The position numbers were made by a program, and so were the translations under genes. The notes under the pieces are model-generated. The model was not told the DNA's origin, ran no database searches, and worked only from the letters and a program-made list of their open reading frames with translations. Positions 55,462 to 58,297 of a stretch of DNA of 58,297 nucleotides are shown here, in pieces (the first letter of the stretch is position 1; each line of letters begins with the position of its first letter). Source of the DNA: a virus (lineage: Duplodnaviria; Caudoviricetes). The stretch spans positions 1 to 58,297 of the IMG/VR virus record IMGVR_UViG_3300024255_002562; one strand, given 5' to 3'.

Positions 55462-55947
55462 TCATCCGGATGCATTAATTATCCCCTCAAATATATTTCC
55501 TACTACCTCATAATCGTCGATAGAGACGCCACAAACCCCGCAATTTTCTTCTTCAGGATAATTACCAACACTACGAATCCTATCTTTTTTCGCTGCAAAG
55601 CCATTAAAAATAAAGGAGTATTCAGATGTACCCATTCCACCATCTTCTATGTAACCAGAGTGATATATAATTTCTATATTAGTGATGTATTCTTTTTTAT
55701 CTGTACTCCATTTTATAAATTTACCACTCTCATCACGAATCTCATATGTGTCTTTATATCTTTTCTCAAGTACGTCTCCCTCGTATATTTCCTGATCGTT
55801 TTTATCAGTAAGTCCTGTGTATTGTTGGATGATAAAATCGTCCTGACACTGTTGTAGAATAGTGTTTACGTCAATATCAGACCTAAAACCCCAAGGTTGG
55901 TCAAACTTCTTTTTCTTTTTATCCCAAAATCTAAATTTAATATTCAT
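55462..55947 (-). CDS. YopX family protein
   Basis: IKFRFWDK, QQYTGLTDKNDQEIYEGDVL, EVVGNIFE. Confidence 0.88.
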   Translation of the reverse strand: MNIKFRFWDKKKKKFDQPWGFRSDIDVNTILQQCQDDFIIQQYTGLTDKNDQEIYEGDVLEKRYKDTYEIRDESGKFIKWSTDKKEYITNIEIIYHSGYIEDGGMGTSEYSFIFNGFAAKKDRIRSVGNYPEEENCGVCGVSIDDYEVVGNIFEGIINASG

Positions 55948-56131
55948 TTTTAAAATGCTCTTTCATATCTTTGTATGGTATACAAGCTACTTGGTCACAG
56001 CAGAAATTAATGTCTAGACATAAAGACTCTACATCTAAATCAAGGCTTGCCGAACTCCTATCTTCTTCATATTCTATTTTGCAATTTCGGACTTTTTCAC
56101 AATTATGTTTCTTCATTTTTAGCTTTTTCAT
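55937..56131 (-). CDS. hypothetical protein
   Basis: Small Cys-containing ORF in a packed operon. Confidence 0.45.
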   Translation of the reverse strand: MKKLKMKKHNCEKVRNCKIEYEEDRSSASLDLDVESLCLDINFCCDQVACIPYKDMKEHFKNEY

Positions 56132-56360
56132 AAACTTCTTTCAAAACCGCTTTCTGCTCATCATTTGAACAAAAAGGGAGAAGGTTCTTATACCAAGTAT
56201 CAGGTGAAGAATAAAATTTACTCATTTCTTCATCTATATCACAGCCTTCACATGGATAAGATTGTTTCTTAATACCAAGCTCTACAGGACAGTCATCATC
56301 ACAATATTTACAACCATGAGTTTTGCAACAATGTTCTGTGTGAACGCATTTATTCATCAT
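56103..56360 (-). CDS. Cys/His-rich hypothetical protein
   Basis: CVHTEHCCKTHGCKY.DDDCPV..G..KQ.YPCE.C. Confidence 0.6.
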   Translation of the reverse strand: MMNKCVHTEHCCKTHGCKYCDDDCPVELGIKKQSYPCEGCDIDEEMSKFYSSPDTWYKNLLPFCSNDEQKAVLKEVYEKAKNEET

Positions 56361-56372
56361 GTAATGCCTATA

Positions 56373-56576
56373 TCAGTTACTAGTATCATATTCCACCCTC
56401 ACTCCGAATACAGAAAACCATCCTTCATCATATATTTGATGGTGAGAACCACCGTCATCTGAATTTAGCCTGAATGTTCTTTTTGTTTTAAAATATTCCT
56501 TCTTAGGAAGAGTTACTAATTTTACATTGAGTCGATTGAGATTTCTAAAAGTTTGCTTTAATTCTGTGATATTCAT
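56373..56576 (-). CDS. hypothetical protein
   Basis: 67 aa ORF. Confidence 0.45.
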   Translation of the reverse strand: MNITELKQTFRNLNRLNVKLVTLPKKEYFKTKRTFRLNSDDGGSHHQIYDEGWFSVFGVRVEYDTSN

Positions 56577-56592
56577 TTACATTCCATATGCA

Positions 56593-56880
56593 TTAATTAT
56601 TCCCTATATTATCATATACCGCTTTAGTTGGCAAGGTTATTTTGATTTTTTTTGTGACTTCCGTGACATCACAAGTTGTATTAGGTCTAAAATCAGACAT
56701 ATCTAAATCATCTCCCCATACTCCAATATCATTTTGTACTACAAAAAGATTAGCCTTTTTATCCTTAACCCTTAAAAAGAAAAGCCCAACAATAGACGAC
56801 TCGCATTTTAGATACTTATATTCGTCGTCTGGTTCGCATGTAACTTCTATAAATGGTGGAACTTTTTTAGTTATTATCAT
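56593..56880 (-). CDS. hypothetical protein, paralog of 57112..57414
   Basis: Shares EPDD.Y.YL and ITLP.K..Y with 57112..57414. Confidence 0.6.
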   Translation of the reverse strand: MIITKKVPPFIEVTCEPDDEYKYLKCESSIVGLFFLRVKDKKANLFVVQNDIGVWGDDLDMSDFRPNTTCDVTEVTKKIKITLPTKAVYDNIGNN

Positions 56881-57112
56881 TGTCGCCCCTTAATGGTTGA
56901 TACGCTTCTTTTGAAACCCACCCCTCTGAAACATATCCACACCTTGGACAATCATAAATTCCCATACAAAAACAATGAGTGCCTTTTGCAGCCATTATAC
57001 AACCACATTCCTTACAGTCAATAGTTCCGAGACAGCCGCCTCCGGACTGATTTCTCCAACTGTAGTCGATTGGCTCAGTTCTGGTTTTACCTGTGTCTTC
57101 TATGAATTCCAT
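56867..57112 (-). CDS. Zn-ribbon hypothetical protein
   Basis: CKEC...CPRC. Confidence 0.55.
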   Translation of the reverse strand: MEFIEDTGKTRTEPIDYSWRNQSGGGCLGTIDCKECGCIMAAKGTHCFCMGIYDCPRCGYVSEGWVSKEAYQPLRGDNDNN

Positions 57113-57414
57113 TAATTGTTATCCTTATTTAATTCAGCATAAGCTGCTTTTTTAGAAGGTAGTGTTATCTCTGTTTTTGATGTAACAATTATAATAATCA
57201 ATTTATCTTTATTTTGCATTTCACTAAAATTGAAGTCTCTAGAATCCCACTCAGACTTAGATACATTCCAAAAGTTAATTATGTCGCCACGTCTTCTAAT
57301 ATAGATATTAGAGTTATCAGTATAATTTTTACCATGTAGATATTCATAATTATCATCTGGCTCTACCTCTATTTTTATCCCAAATATTCCGAGGTCTGTT
57401 TGCTTAATGCCCAT
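57112..57414 (-). CDS. hypothetical protein, paralog of 56593..56880
   Basis: Shared motifs as above. Confidence 0.6.
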   Translation of the reverse strand: MGIKQTDLGIFGIKIEVEPDDNYEYLHGKNYTDNSNIYIRRRGDIINFWNVSKSEWDSRDFNFSEMQNKDKLIIIIVTSKTEITLPSKKAAYAELNKDNN

Positions 57415-57415
57415 A

Positions 57416-57802
57416 CTAGTCTATCTTCCTGCAAGCGAATTCACCATCAAAAGTTTTACAGTCTTCTTCTACAATAAAACTCATATCTCCATCACTAAGA
57501 TCAATCACCTTATTACAAAATATAAAGTTTTCATTGTTATCGTGGTAGGATACAACAGACTCACCATCAAGTCCAGTATATTCTGATCGAGGATGATAAA
57601 ATTCATCAAGTTTATACCCATTCTTCTGAGATATTGGCAAATGCTTCTGCTTCCACCACTCAATAAAATAATCAGCGGTTTCACTTGGGTTTGAGCAGCA
57701 AATAACAGCCGCACCATCACCACAGGACTCACCTATACAATCATAGAACCAATCCAATAAGAATTCTAAATGTATATTTTTAACTGTTACTGTGCTTTTC
57801 AT
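57416..57802 (-). CDS. hypothetical protein
   Basis: 128 aa ORF with AAGGA RBS. Confidence 0.6.
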   Translation of the reverse strand: MKSTVTVKNIHLEFLLDWFYDCIGESCGDGAAVICCSNPSETADYFIEWWKQKHLPISQKNGYKLDEFYHPRSEYTGLDGESVVSYHDNNENFIFCNKVIDLSDGDMSFIVEEDCKTFDGEFACRKID

Positions 57803-57811
57803 TATCGTTCC

Positions 57812-58018
57812 TTACGCCATTTCTAAAATACATTTTCTAGCCAGTTTCCATCCTGTATCATCTGGTTTAAATCTTGCTATAACGGGATGGTCATCGTTAA
57901 GAAAATGAGGATCAAGCTCTTTTAGATTACTAAAATCTTTATTTCCTTTTAACAGCAATAACTTATGACCATTAAAAGTTGTACAACGTTTTCTATGTCG
58001 TAAAACCAAATGCCTCAA
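57812..58018 (-). CDS. hypothetical protein, possibly N-terminally truncated
   Basis: CTTFNG.KLL...LDPHF...IARFKP...GW; weak TTG start inside thyX. Confidence 0.4.
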   Translation of the reverse strand: MRHLVLRHRKRCTTFNGHKLLLLKGNKDFSNLKELDPHFLNDDHPVIARFKPDDTGWKLARKCILEMA

Positions 58019-58297
58019 GTGTATACTTGAATGGATTACCTTCTATGTTTTTAACTGCTTCTAGCATATCGTTTGCTACTAATCGCGTTTCAAACTGAGT
58101 GTCATCTTTTAATCTAAGGGACCACATATGTAAAAAGGCTGCTAAAGAACCAGTCCATATAAACTGAGTTTCTAAACAAAGCGGCAGTATTATTCTAGCT
58201 TGTTCTTTTGCTACTCCAGCTTCACATAATGTTTTATACGTTTTTTTACATTTGTCAATAGTCTCATTGATTAATTTAATTAAATCTCTACCATCTT
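57993..58297 (-). CDS. thyX: flavin-dependent thymidylate synthase (5' partial)
   Basis: Hand-translated GVAKEQARIILP...FIWTGSLAAF....LRL...TQFETR; TAG at 57993-57995. Confidence 0.9.
   Translation of the reverse strand, partial: DGRDLIKLINETIDKCKKTYKTLCEAGVAKEQARIILPLCLETQFIWTGSLAAFLHMWSLRLKDDTQFETRLVANDMLEAVKNIEGNPFKYTLEAFGFTT

Noticed and set aside
1-58297. Genome-wide TAG reassignment (alternative genetic code)
   Set aside because: Genes are full-length and tightly packed in code 11, and several (glf, ssb, thyX) end at TAG at the expected position.

Overview
This window is a segment of a large, AT-rich tailed-phage genome read in genetic code 11 (TAG is used as a normal stop). No capsid or terminase genes are recognisable. 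Layout: (i) 1-9.5 kb (-) sugar-nucleotide and glycosyltransferase genes plus ssDNA-annealing/SSB-like genes; (ii) 9.5-25.7 kb (-) sigma factor and replication/nucleotide block, with DnaE split into three ORFs around a DEDDh exonuclease, a Cas4/AddB-like nuclease, dNMP kinase, DnaG, DnaB, RecA, PhoH, dUTPase and class II RNR; (iii) 26-30.3 kb (-) membrane/lipoprotein/papain-protease/thioredoxin module; (iv) a structured divergent intergenic region at 33.0-33.5 kb; (v) 33.5-45.8 kb (+) glycosylation island; (vi) 45.8-58.3 kb (-) accessory region with tRNAs, a two-piece tmRNA, NADAR, Pth2-like, HNH, YopX and ThyX genes. The standout is a promoter-to-terminator operon at 48.8-51.3 kb. It contains a Ro60/TROVE-like vWA (DUF2828-type) gene flanked by five covarying stem RNAs (7-bp stem, 3 nt, CAGCAA) and aberrant tRNAs. 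One unit carries a complete circularly permuted tRNA-Arg(UCU). Just downstream, a Pth2-like domain is joined in frame to NADAR across a single UAG. All family calls come from motif recognition by eye; no database searches were run.
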